Source of the DNA: Carcharhinus amblyrhynchos | Lineage: Eukaryota | Length of the DNA stretch: 64,000 bases | Direction of reading: 5' to 3' | Assembly (NCBI GenBank): GCA_965287045.1 | Contig: OZ336880.1 | Location: 31,248,001 to 31,312,000, forward strand | Shown: in pieces, positions 24,397-37,300 of the stretch | Position numbering within the stretch: the first letter of the stretch is position 1 | Layout of the letters: each line of letters opens with the position of its first letter | Notes under the pieces: model-generated | Databases searched by the model: none | What the model was told of the DNA's origin: nothing | What the model saw: only the letters and a program-made list of their open reading frames with translations | Position numbers and translations under genes: made by a program

Positions 24397-27300
24397 AGAG
24401 TATCGCCATCAGTTAAAATATAACTATTAAAAAAATTAAATGAATGTGACCTCTAACGCACATTGGAATACTAAAGGGTAGAAGTAATGCATCAGTTATA
24501 TAAAGCTCTGGCTAAACCACATTTGGGTACTGAATTTAGTTCGGGGCACCGCAAATCAGGAAGATATATTGCCTTGGGGAAGTGCAGCAGAGATTCACTT
24601 GAAGGATACAAAAAGCTAAAAGATTAAATAATGAAAACAAATTGCATTGACTGGGTATATATTCCTTTTTTTTGGCAATTTTCACCTGTTCCCACCAAAA
24701 TATTACTTGTTCTGAAAAGGATGGCCAAATACCTAAACTGGAGTTTAAATAAATGCATCCGCTTTACACCACGGCATAAAATACTTTCCTAATGTTATAA
24801 TATCCATTTTTTTTTAAATGGAAGTTCTAAAACTCCTGCATAAAGTAAAAGAAAACCTTACCTTAAGTCCTAACTTTGAAGAGTAAATTCCTTAGATCTT
24901 TCAAGATACCTTCATGACTCATGCTGGTTTAATCTAGATAACCTTCCTCTAAATATTTGTAATGTAGGGAATGGTTAAATCAATGGTTACCATTACGTAA
25001 AGCTCTACAGTACCTGAGAAGCTTTGCATTTATTGCTAGACATTTCAAAAAGAGACATTGCAAATGTTACCTTGTTCAACATTCTTTTGCTTTGCTTTCA
25101 AAAGTGGAAGCTGGCATCACATTTGTGTTTTTTTTTAAAACTGAAATCTGCTCAGAGGATTTCCACGTCAGTACCTGGCATGTTGCTTAGCCCATTGGCT
25201 GCTGAAAAGCCAGGAGTAGTTTCTTCTGAGCCTGGATCCATGCACACTTTGGACACTCTTCAGTTTTGAAGCTCTCTTAATGAAAGCACACTTTGCATAC
25301 ACAGCATTGTTTGCACTGGTCTGTCTGAAAGGGGAAGATAAACATCTCCTTTGAACATGGGGGACTAAGAGATGATCAAAAGAAGTGTTTAAGTTGATAC
25401 GGTAAATGGAGATGCACTACTTCCTCTGGTGGGGCAGTCCAGGATGAAGGGGCATCACCTTAACATTACAGCCAGGCTGTTTGGGGTTAACATCAGGAAG
25501 CACTTCACACAGTTAAAATATAGAAGCACCCGGACCCCAATCCTGACTGTACAGGTTCGGCCAATTAAATATAAATCCTAATATTGATGGATACTTGTTA
25601 TGGCTACAGATCTAAGACAGATGAATAGAATTAAGTTGCAGGATAACCATGATCTCATTGAATTGTGAAACAGACTTGAGGGGCTGAATGATTTACTCCT
25701 GTTCCTACATTCCTGTAATAGCTGAACAATTATGATTCACATTCACATTCTAATTGTTTTGGGGTTTTTTTACTTTGTTTATATCTACTTTAAATGATGA
25801 TTTTCTCTAAGTTCCTGATTTCCTATGCAGCGACAGGAAAAAAAAACGTTGAGGGAAAGAAAATGTGTTTGATTTTAGGTGATAGATATGGGGATAGAAT
25901 TTTGATGGAAGTTTTCCTGACATCTATCAGGAAATGCAGTTAAAATGCCTTTCTTGCTGAAGCACATTGGCTCAATCTGTATTGACAATTCAAGGCATCA
26001 ACTCCTGAAATGTAGGTGCAAAGCTTCACTTAGCACTGCCAAATGTGAATTTGTCAGCCTTCATTCAGTCAATTGTATTAGCTAATCATTTTCCTGGGCC
26101 TTGATCTGCACTAGTATTACTACTTTCCACAATTAACATTGTTAATATATTGAGACAGTCAGCACGTCACTGTCCTTGCTTTGGATATTAGATTTTGTTA
26201 CAACACAAGCATATAAAACAGAACTGGCTTGTTCAATCTTCTCTTTTCAGCCTGTGGTATGATATTTTTCGTTACTTGTTTTAAAATTAATGAAAATGAA
26301 ATATATAATCATACTGCCATGTTCTTTGGCTCTCCTATTGAAATAGGCAATTTAGTAAATAGAGATCAGTGCCTGAATATTTAGTGACAGTAGGGCTCTG
26401 CACCTTGGGCAAGTTGGCACTAGAACCCGAAACTGGAAGTCTTGCCCCCAATATCCAATACCAGCATTTTGGTCTGAGGGGAGGGAAATGGGGATGGCAC
26501 GTGTTTTGAACATGTACGGTTCACAAAAGCAGCAGCACATTATTCAGCTGCTCTCAATCAGAAGGGATTTTTGTCATTGAAGTTTATGAAATACAACTCA
26601 TTAGATTTAAGAACATGAGGAAAAGGTCTAGACCTACCAGAGTATGAGGGAGAACAGGTATCCTTTTGGAGAGCTCTAAATATTTTCACCAAGTACCATA
26701 GAACTGCGACAAATTCTAACACAGGTATGTAGCTGACACCCAAGTGAGTTGGAGGGTGGGTCCTATGCCCTTGGAAAGGCAGGTATTTTTATCTTTCATT
26801 ACTTATACTCCATCTTCCCACTATTTTGTTTGTGCCAGATAGAGGGAAGAGTGCATAGTCACGACAAAGAAGCTGTAAAATGGGAATGGCGCCTTTGCAC
26901 ATTTATGCAATAGAGACATGTGAGTGTGAGCTACCTGTGGTCAGAGAGGGAACAAGACCATGAGTTAAAGGTAGCACAGCTTGCAATAAGCAGGAGGAGG
27001 AGGAAAAAATGGTTGCAACCTGAAGTAAGGTTTTACTATTGCAGTGGCCATATCTGAAAATGAGAACCAATGCACATGAAGACTAAAGTTAACTTGGTAA
27101 TTGGTTATCAACATATGTGCCATAGTCTGGTGTTCCACATGCTCTGCCAGTGGCATTAAAGCTCACAATGCCTCTGAATTTCTACACTACAGACTCTTCC
27201 TGGGATTAGCTGGAGGCTTCTGCAGGATCTCACAATCAGCTACATCAAGGCAGTCACGGATGCCTCTCTCCTCAGGGAGAGGAGAATATGTACTTCCCGA

Positions 27301-27529
27301 TTAGATGGGGAAACAAAGGACAAGTGGCTTATCAAATTAGCAATCTTCTCTCAAGAACAGAGGGCTATTGATTTTCCCCATTTTGCCACAAGGGCACCAC
27401 GTCGTCAACCTCAAACCTTCAGAGATGTGCAATATTTACCCCACGCTGTACGGCCAAACACCTCTACTAACTGTGAAACCATGGCCTGAAACCACGCAAG
27501 CATGCAAGTGGGAAATCCACTTAAATAAC

Positions 27530-27781
27530 TAATTTGATTTATTATTGTCAAATATATTAATATACAGTGAAAAGTATTGTTTCTTGCATGTGATACAGAT
27601 AAAGTGTACCATAGATAGAGAAAGAAAAGAGATGGCAGAATGTAGCGTTACAGTCATAGCTAGGGTGTAGAGAAAGATCAATTTAATATCGGATAGGTCC
27701 ATTCAAAAGTCTGATGGCAGCAGGGAAGAAGCTGTTTTTGAGTTAGTTGATACGTGCCCTCAGTCTTTTATATCTTTTTGT
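27530..27781 (-). mobile_element. Rex1/Babar LINE 3' end
   Basis: Reverse complement of ~13400-13640. Confidence 0.75.
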
Positions 27782-28249
27782 GTAACACAATTGCAAATGG
27801 CTGCTTTCAACACAACGCTTGTGCTTGATGTGGACCTGATCAACTGGATTTGAACTTGAGCCTGACCATTGATCCTCACTTAAAGACAATGATTGATAAA
27901 CAAAAAATGTTGCAAGGAGCATCTCAGTTCAGTCTATCTTAGCTGAAGATCAACTTTCAACTGCTGGACCTGCTTGAACACACATTTGCACTTGATGGCA
28001 TCAATGAGAGATGGACTTAAGAATGCAGTCTTTGCCAATGGTGAGAACTGCCATCATTCTGTAATCATTCTCATTGAGGGTATTAGCACATAAAAGTAAA
28101 TCTAAATATTTTTGTAAAAGTGATTTGTGTTTACAATGTGTTTAATTATGATGTGTACAAAGTGATATGAAATGAAAATATAGTGAACCCATTAGTGATG
28201 GAGGTAACCCAGTGCCCTGTGTTTACAAACACTGCTATGAAGTGCTGCG

Positions 28250-28252
<3 letters not shown>

Positions 28253-28324
<72 letters not shown>
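28253..28324. repeat. (AC)36 microsatellite
   Basis: Perfect dinucleotide run. Confidence 0.98.
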
Positions 28325-28327
<3 letters not shown>

Positions 28328-30289
28328 TATTCAGTAGGCTGTTCAACTCATGTGCTATATAATTTGAGGAGTGAGATGGCTGGCCTCATCCTGCAAGGAA
28401 CCATTCGGTATCTACTTCAGATTGCAGCCTCTGCATTTCTGCATGGCAGCCATTGTCACTGGAGCAAGTAGAGCAGTGGAGGGATAAGGCAGAGGGGATG
28501 GGGAGTTAGAAGAAGATGAGGGTGCTGACATGCTCCAACCTTTACCTTCCTCTCTAATCCTCAGTTGGCCTTCAGGTGGGTTAGGTGGGGCTGGCTGCTG
28601 GCATGTAGCAGTTGTCATGCAAAGAACCATTGGACCACCAGAATGAATGTCCTGTTAATGGAATGCAGTTCCTCATGTATTCCATGGATGTCAGCACTCA
28701 TAGAGTAAGCTGACTATACCAGGCTATTGTTTGAGCTTTGTATTTTTGTAGGGAGTCACACTGCCCTTGCATCCACCCTCAAGTTATGATGTATGTGTCT
28801 CTTCCTGAGATTGGCCATTCTCTCATGGTTGGAGCTTATGCAGCTGATTCCTGAGACAAAGTGAAGCCCACCACTGCCATTGACTCCTCTTGCAGTGCAT
28901 GAGCTTGCGTGGTCTCAGAGAATTCAATCAGATGTCTACACATCTGCTGTTGGTGCTCCAAATACTGTGCCTCATAAGGTGACTTGAGAGGCCCTACCTC
29001 CATGCCTATGAGAGCAGCATCATCACTTTCCACCTTCTGAGAAAGACTGTGCACAGATGTTTCAGACTCTGTCCTTCCCCTGCACTGTGGTGTGGTGCCC
29101 TGCACCACATGCCACTGACTCGAAACATGTGTTGTATCCTTCCTATATACTAGTATTTTTGGCAGAGAGTGGGCTAGTGAGATGTGGTGCTGCCTCTTTG
29201 GACATCTTATCCCTCAGGAAGAGGAGGAGATACCCAAAGAAGGGAAGAGTGGTATGTGTCAGTTTTGGAGAGTTAGACTTGGAGCTTCTAGCCAGCTGTC
29301 ACCTAGCTGTGCTCTTGACCATGAAATACTCTGCTGTCCTACTCAATCTGATATAGCATTGTGCAGCTGTGAAGGGCCTGGTCAAAACTCAATTACATAG
29401 CCATATCGTGAGAGATGGATGGAAAGAGGTGGCAGAGCAAACGTTTGTGTCAAATGCAACAATCATTTCCTGAATCATTATAGTAACCTGAAGAATATTG
29501 TAAGCAGCTCCTAGTGCCAAGATGTTCCCATCTCCATGGCTGAGTCTTGTGAATGTCTTCCAACCTGAACTTCATAGTGTCCTCCTTCAGTACAATAAAC
29601 AACAACAATGACCATATTTCCCTATGGAAAGCCCACAATAAACCATCTCTTCTGGTGTCAGTAATCAGTTGGACAATAGTCAATATTCATTCGACTGTTT
29701 TCTCCTCAAAGCAACAGCAGCGCTTGCATCCACTTCCTGCTTCATAGCGGGAACCCTTTTTTTAACTTTTTTTAAAACCTTTACCAAATTGCATAACCCA
29801 AACTGTGCCACCCACTCCCCAACTCCATCCACAACTCCATTACTTCCACGGTTGATGAGTCTGACTCCATCACATCCCAGAGTGTACTTTTTCAAGCAAA
29901 CAATATTAGGGCAGACGATAATCAATGAGTAATTCTCCTGACTGCCTGTGGCGTTTCTGCATTTGCTGTCATTCAGAGTTTCTTTCCCTGAGGCACTGGT
30001 TACTAAAAGCTTTCAAAAATTGACTGAACTAGTTAGAGAATACTATGATCCCAAGTCACCTCTAATGTTATCGTTTTTACTCTGAGAACCAGGGGAATCT
30101 GTTACAGGTTTCCTAACTAGGTTAGAATGACTGGTGGAAGCATGTGAATTTGGGTTTAACTCTTAACAAGCTGCTTGGAGCCTCAAAGCAAAGCCAAACA
30201 TTGATCAAGCAGATACAGGTCGCTACAGAATCCCACCTGATAATGCATTATAATTGTTGCCAGTATACAGAGTCAAAACAGAAACGGAG

Positions 30290-30664
30290 TCCTACAAGAA
30301 ACTAAAAGGGTGTGAATGTAGCCCAATCCATCAAGTAAACCAGCCTCCCATCCATTGCCTCCAACTACATTCCATCTGCTGCCTCAGAAAAGCAGCCAGC
30401 ATAATCAAGGACCCCACACACCCTGCACATACTTTCTTCCACCTTCTTTTGTCAGGAAAAAGATACAAAAGCCTAAGATCACGTACCAACTGACTCAAGA
30501 ACAGCTTCTTCCCTGTTGCCATCAAACTTTTGAATGGACCTACCTTGTATTAAGTTAGCTGTGACCGTGACACTATATTCTGCATCCTTTCCTTCTTTTT
30601 CCCCTATGTACTCTATGAACAATATGCTTTGTCTGTATAGTGCGCAAGAAACGATACTTTTCAG
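30290..30664 (+). mobile_element. Rex1/Babar LINE 3' end inserted in Gypsy
   Basis: IIKDPTHPAHTFFHLLLSGKRYKSLRSRTN; same family as 13247-13639. Confidence 0.8.
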
Positions 30665-32078
30665 TTTTGCAGGTGATGCCCAAATTGGATATCAAGATAA
30701 ATGAATGGTTAAATGGACATCCGGTACTAATGGAGGTCAATACCAGCGCAGCAGTATTGGTGGTCGGAGAATCAGTGTTCTATAGAATTCACTCTGGACT
30801 CCTGCCTTTAACTTTACTTAACCTCAGCAAGCACTATACAAGGGAATTTTTTTTGAATTCTGCGTGCAACCTCTGTCCTTGTCTTCTATAAAAGGCAGCT
30901 GGTTCAGTTACCGATGATTGTAGTGGAGTGCTTAAATACCCTGAAGTTTTCCAGGAAGGTCTAGGGACTATCAAAGGAGCAATCTTAGATGTTCACCAGG
31001 AAGCGATTCTGCAGGCCTGCCCAGTACCATTTGCTTTACAGGAAAAAGTTGAAACAGAAATCCGAAGACTGGAATGTGAAGGGATCATCAACCTAGTCCA
31101 ATTTGCGAATGGGCAGCACCATTTGTACCAGTTTTGAAGACAGGAGGATCAGTCTGCCTTTGCGGGTACTTTAAACAAATGGAAAACCATTTCTCACAGC
31201 TGGATAAGTACACAATCCCTCAGATTGAGGATTTATACATGAAGTTAGTTGGCAGGAGGATTCTTGTTCTCAGAACTTGATATGAATCACGCTTACTTAC
31301 AATTGCAGCCAAATGACAGTTCCCAAAGATATTCAACAATTAATACTCAGAGTCTTTATCAATACAGTAGTCTGTCATTTGGGATGTTCTTAGTCTTCCA
31401 GTAAACCATGGAAAACATTTTACAAGATCTACCTCTGGTTGCTATCAATCTGGATGATGTACTTACAACAGGAAAAACAGACAAGGAACACCTAGAGAAC
31501 TTTAAAGTTCTAAGTCAATTTTCCAAGGCAGGTGTACACCAAAGAGAAAAATGTATATAACAGGCCACCCAAGTGACCCATCTGGGCTACAGATTAGACA
31601 AGTCTGGTCTACACCTTTGGAGGACAAGTTGCGGGCAATCAAAGGCATCCTGGCACCCACATTCATCCAGGATTTAAGAGCATTTCTGGGTTTGGTAACC
31701 TACTGTGGGAAAGTTATAAGCAACCTTGTCTCCATTCTGGCTCCATTACACCAGTTAATAAAAAGAATCAATCTTGGGAGTGGTCTTCCAGTCAGTCCTT
31801 GGCTTTCAATAAAGTAAAGCAACAGCTTTCCTCATCAAATGTTCTCACACATTATGATCCCAGGAAATAACTATTAGTGACCTGCGACGTGTCCCCATAT
31901 GCTGGCTGCCTACCATTACCAATTGGAACACCGCCCAGGAGGCTGAGTCACTAATGCAAATACTTTGAGTCAGCTAATGTTAGCAGATACCTGCCACTGG
32001 ATGAGATGATAATGACAATGAATTGTTTGGAGATCCTCCCAGTGACAACAAATAATATTTGACTGTGGATTCAAAAAG

Positions 32079-32331
32079 AGTAAAAAGTCTGACAACACCA
32101 GGTTTTAGTCCAACCTATTTATTTGATAATATACTCGCAAGCTTTCGGGTTAGCCCCTTCGTCACCTGACGAAGGGGCTAACCCGAAAGCTTGCGAGTAT
32201 ATTATCACCTGACGAAGGGGCTAACCCGAAAGCTTGCGAGTATATTATCAAATAAATAGGTTGGACTAAAACCTGGTGTTGTCAGACTTTTTATTGTGTT
32301 TACGCCAGTCCAACGCCGGCTTACCCACATC
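32079..32331 (+). mobile_element. 253-bp non-coding Penelope-derived element with tandem hammerheads
   Basis: Same termini and 3' tail as 6673-9310. TSD GATTCAAAAAG at 32068-78 and 32332-42. 32081-32164 is a perfect reverse complement of 32210-32293. Confidence 0.9.
32162..32250 (+). ncRNA. Two tandem minimal type I hammerhead motifs (43-nt period)
   Basis: TCAC-CTGACGA-AGGGGCTAACCC-GAAA-GCTT-GCGAG, with cores starting at 32166 and 32209. Intact CUGANGA and GAAA boxes, GGG/CCC stem II and palindromic AAGCTT. Confidence 0.75.
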
Positions 32332-33553
32332 GATTCAAAAAGATGCAGTCCTCGCAAAATTGAAATATCTACCACTGACAGGGAAAACCAAAAGGTGTTA
32401 CAGCCCAAATTCCAGCCATATTGGAGTTGGAGAGAGCAGATGACCAATGACGATGACATACTCTTTGGGAATCAAGAGTTGTCTTCCTCACCCAGGGTCA
32501 CCATCACATCCTGGCTGAACTTCACCATGACCACCCAAGAGTGGCCAAAATGAAGATGCTCACGAGGAACTATGTCTAGTGGCTAGGCATGGATACAGAC
32601 CTAGCCGCACTCGTGGGTCAGTGTCAGCAATGCTAACAAGGACGGAAGTCACCACCATCAGCTCCTCTACACCTATGGAAATGGCTAAGTAGACCATGGT
32701 CTCAGCTACATGTCAATTATGCTGGTCCATACATTCATTGGTTTAATGTTCCTTATAATCATAAATACCTCTCCAAATAAATGGATGTACACAAGGGGCA
32801 CTCATCAAATACAAGAATGATAATAGAAAAACTTTGCACCTCATTCGCAACACACGGGATTCCGGAGGTGCTAGTTTCCAACCTTGAACCATCCTTTACC
32901 AACCAGAAATTTGCCTATTTCATGAAGTCAAATGAACTTTAGGACAGTGCCATATCATTCATTCTCCTATAGTGATCTTCATGTCCCCAAATCTGGGGAT
33001 GGTGGAGGGAGGGAGAGAGTGGAAAGGCATCAAGAAGCCCAGCACTGAGCCCACAATACCAGTTCTGAGAGACACCTAAAGGTGGAGTAAAGTATTATTT
33101 AAAAAGTCATGGGAATGATCCTGCAAGGCTACAAGGTACGATTGACTCACAGACAGGGCTGATATCTTATAAAGTCCGCATAGGACTTGCCATCCTGAGA
33201 AAATAGCTGGACCATTTGAGATCATTAAGTTCTTGGGCCTTCCAGGAGCCAATGATGCTCAGCACGTCAGGAACCTCAAACTTCCAGGACCCACCAGCTC
33301 CTGCTCTCCATTTCCAGTCAGAGGAAACTCTATTCCAAAATGGACGTGGTGGACTAGGCCACATCTACTCCCTTACTGCCTGAAGAAGGGAGTGAACTTG
33401 TGCTTCAGAACTCTAAGTGAAAGAGATGAGGTTTGCTACACACCACCAATCTTGGATGTCAAGCTTGAGGAAACAGACTCAGCACTGAAATGCCCCGAGA
33501 GGCACTCAGAGTGAACCAACTACCAAGGTTCCTTGGAACTACAGGGGGAGGAA

Positions 33554-34509
33554 TGTAATGACTTTAGCAAGGGCCACAACGTGGACCTCTTAGAATTTGG
33601 TATCCCTGATTGGGCAAGCCATTACTGCCTTAATCAGGGAGGCCTGCTTGTGTCTATTATGTGGAGTGTCAAGGTTACTGACAATCTGGCTTCATAAGAA
33701 CATAACATAAGAAATAGGAGCAGGAGTAGGCCATCTCGCCCTTCGAGCCTGCCCTGCCATTCAATAAGATCATGGCTGATCTGAAGTGGATCAGTTCCAC
33801 TTTCCCGCTTTCTCCCCATAATCCTTAATTCCCTTGTCTGTCAAAAACCTATCTACCCGTGACTTAAATATATTTAGCGAGGTAGCCTCCACCACTTCAA
33901 CGGGCAGAGAATTCCAGAGATTCACCACCCTTTGAGTGAAGAAGTTCCTCCTCAACTCCGTTCTAAACTGCCCCCCCTTAGCTTGAGGCTGTGCCCTCTA
34001 GTCCTGCTGTCCTTTCTGAGCGGGAAGAATCTCTCTACCTCTACCCTTTCCATCCCTTCCATTATCTTATACGTCTCTATAAGATCCCCTTCTCATCCTT
34101 CTAAACTCCAACGAGTACAGACCCAGTCTATTTAATCTCTCTTCATAGTCTAACCCCCTCATCTCCAATATCAGCCTAGTGAACCTCCTCCGCACTCCCT
34201 CCAAGGCCAAAATATCCTTGCGCAAGTGCGGCGACCAAAACTGCACACAGTACTCCAGCTGTGGCCTCACCAGTACCCTGTACAGTTGCAGCAAGACCTC
34301 CCTGCTTTTATATTCTATCCACCTCGCTATAAAGGCCAGCATCCCATTCGCCGCCTTGATCACCTGCTACACCTGCAGACTGGATTTTTGCGACTCATGC
34401 ACAAATACGAATATTGTGTACGAAGAAGTGCCTGTCAGAGTGTTACTGACGATGTAAATAAATCTTAAATTTGGTGAAGGGACGCAAGCCTCTGAGGAGA
34501 TATTTCACA
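33554..34509 (+). repeat. Gypsy 3' LTR (TG...CA) interrupted by a CR1
   Basis: Begins TGTAATG immediately after the PPT, resumes after the CR1 at ~34405, contains AATAAA near 34457 and ends ...tttcaCA. Confidence 0.65.
33693..34404 (-). mobile_element. Young CR1 3' fragment
   Basis: KAANGMLAFI..LQLYRVLVRPQLEYCVQFWSPHLRKDILALEGV..YEERLNRLGLYSLEFRR, with tail repeat at 33693-33712. Confidence 0.93.
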
Positions 34510-36226
34510 GACAGAACTGCAAATTAGCTACTTTTTAAATTCAAAAGCTTGTCTTAATTCTGGGAAACCACACAAATAACTTATCCTTTACTGGAATGAC
34601 TACAAAAGTTGTGCTTCCAGTTCTTTCTGTGAAATATCTTCTCAGACGCTGGTTCCAGTTCTTTGGGTAAGCCTATTTACCATTTTATGATCTTAAAGGT
34701 GTTGAAAGGTTGCGACTGTGTTAAGTTAAATGTTAAGAAGTTAAATGAAATAAACTCCAAGCTTGTTTGAATTGTATTTACTTAAGGATTGCTTTCACCA
34801 GTTTCTCAACCAGGTACCCCCAATTTTTTACAGTTGAAAGTTTGAATTCATAAAACTATGAGTTATATTCTAAAACATATGAATTGTGAACAAGATATTC
34901 ACAACAATAATAGAATAAAGGCATTGGATACTGAAAGTGTGGGGGCACAGTGCACCAAAGTTGATTGGCATGTTAACCCAAATAAATTGGAGTTGCAATC
35001 CCAAGGTTTCATCAAATGGGTCTGAGCTGGACAGCTGATAGTGGCCAGGAACAAATTCCCAGATGTCTTCGCTCCCAGTGATTGGAGTCTGATTTCTTTG
35101 CTTTCACTCTGTATCATGCAGCACAGATCATTTGGTTCTAAGGTGTGAGGATTAGAAATTTTGTGTTAGCTTTTTTATTAATCTCTCTTTCTTGCTTTTT
35201 TACTGATGAAGGCACTGATGTCTTGCTGGCCTAATGGTTGCTCATTAAGCAAGTGACTACTGTTTCTCTGTGAACCTTGTAGCAGTTATTGACAGCCTAT
35301 TCAATCACGGGACTTTGAGTGGGTCTAAATATGTTCTTCAAGCATGTGCCATGGCTAGCAATGAGGTCGAAATCCTGGCTTATTTTCACTTCCTAGCCCA
35401 GGGGTACTGAGGTCAAATTTTGTACACGTTCCACTACTTTGTCTTGGATCAACTAACCCAACACAGGCCTAGCATTTGTCATGTGACCTTCTTGATATTT
35501 GCAGATTAAATACTCAATGTATTCTTCAACTATTATGAGAGGTTAACTGCTTCCTTTGTAATTGGAAAACTAATGTTAAGATTCTAAGATTATATTTAAT
35601 TCAAAGAATTAAATTAAGGGGTAATATCACACTTTGTGCCATTAGCACACCAACATGCTCACATGTTTTTGGCTTATTTGAATGTCAATCCACATTTTCA
35701 TTTAAATAGCAGATATAGGAATATGTGACAAGTATATCTGTATAGTGGGCTATTTCACCCCGGTGCAGGTTTCCATGGTGGTGGTGGTGGGGGGAGGTCT
35801 GATCGGGGCACCCAGATCTCAGTGTAGCTCTGCTGGCATGTTGAGGTCCCACCTCCCTACATGACAGCGTAAAACGTGCCCAGCAGGTTTTTCTGTGACA
35901 GACGATGGTAAGATCTGGAGAGAAACACCATTTTTCTTGCCAGCACTAAAACAACAGTCTTTTTTTTGGTGAGTTTTTGCCCATGGAGTCAGCAATCTTG
36001 CCACGGTCCGCAAAAAGCTCTGCCTTTGGCCATAGGAACCCTTAAAAAATGATCAATGCTTTTTAACCACCAATCATCATGAGGAACTGAACGTTGTGCT
36101 ATACAGTGTAATTTCCAGGAATATAACTGCAAAGATTTTTATCACAGCAGTGGAGGAAAGGCTTTCATTGTTGACAGCTGCCTGCTAGCTTGTCAGAAGC
36201 TTGCCAGTGGGGCTATTCACTTATCC

Positions 36227-37300
36227 GGGCCACAATTCTCCTGTTGCGACCCGCAACTTTTCTGTCGGGTCGCAGTGGGAGATGCCGGGAATGTATGCGC
36301 GTTTCCCAGAGCCAGTGAACAGTCGCTGGTCAGACCACGCTGGAAACTGGCCGGAAGGCAGGTAAGTCCTTTAAATCAGTTTTTAATATGTTTTAAATAT
36401 GTGTATTAGTTAATTATCAAGACTTTTCAGATCTCGATTGAATCTCCCACCCCACCAGGAGTATTTCATTCCGGCAGGGTTCAGACTAGCTCCCCACGTT
36501 CAGGGAACTAGCGGGAAATCCTGCAGGATTGAAGGGGGGGCAATTAGGGCCCCCCAGGGAGTCGGGTGGTGGGGGGGGTGGTGGCCCCTGAGCATGAGCA
36601 CCCTGGCAGTGTCAGCCTGGGGGGCACCTTGGTACTGCCAAGGAGCAAAGTGCCCATGCCTAAATGGACAGGCAGTGCCAAGGGGGCAGGACCTAGTGTG
36701 GAGGGGCCTGGGGTAATCAGTGGGGGTGAGGGGTCCCGCTGCCACTCTGCAGACAGGATCGGTCTGAGATAGAGGGAGGACAGTGATTTGGGGGGGGCTG
36801 GTCTGCTGGGTGGTGGGGTCTGGGGGAGTTGGGCTGCATGTCCAGGCTGCATTCTCCAGCAATGGCGATCCCCTCAAACCCCTCATCATGGCAGAACCCC
36901 CCCCCCGGATGTCATGATGAGGGGGTTGAGGGGATCGCCACTGGGGAATGAGGCCTGGACATTGGGGTGCTCCAGGACAGGGGTGGGGGGCAGGGCTGGC
37001 CCAGGAATTGCTGTGGGGACCACAATTGGGCCATGGGAGGGGCTGGAAGGGTGCAATCAGGCTGGCCAGCAAACGGGAGGTTGACAGTTTGGGACCACTG
37101 CACATGTGTAGAGCTCCAGAACTGTCAAACTCCAGCATGAATATACCCCGCCCTCCTGGGTTTTTAATGAGATTCCTGACTGGGACCTCTGCATTGCACA
37201 GTGTGTATGGAGCTTCAGGTGTGAAGCGTAACTGACAGAACAGTCAGGATTTAGAACAGTTCTCCCACCAAATCAGCACTTTTGGAAGAATCACAGCCCC
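36227..37300. mobile_element. Harbinger-type MITE, second family
   Basis: Termini GGGCCACAATTCTCC and GGAAGAATCACAGCCC. Both ends match the short copy at 45163-45423 in opposite orientation. Confidence 0.65.

Larger units (their letters stand above)
29860..33553 (+). mobile_element. Decayed Gypsy LTR retrotransposon internal region (gag-pol)
   Basis: gag YFFQANNI..VILLTACG; YPEVFQEGLGTIKG..PVPFAL; RT YTIPQIEDLY, FSELDMNHAYLQ, NLDDVL; RNase H VTCDVSPY; integrase HHDHP..KMKMLTRNYV*W..CQQC, PWSQLHVNYAGP, HGIPEVLVS. PPT AGGGGGAGGAA at 33543-33553. Confidence 0.88.

Noticed and set aside
28146-28346. ORF with poly-(CV)
   Set aside because: Translation of the (AC)n microsatellite.
28380-29520. 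Possible second Harbinger Myb-like gene remnant (and a transposase trace near 37380-37620)
   Set aside because: Only vague compositional similarity; too decayed to support without a profile search.
32162-32250. 43-nt direct repeat as a CRISPR array
   Set aside because: Only two contiguous units, no spacers, eukaryotic context; explained as duplicated hammerheads.
36500-37138. 212-aa Pro-rich ORF with an internal repeat
   Set aside because: Arises from GC-rich palindromic MITE sequence; no domain recognisable.
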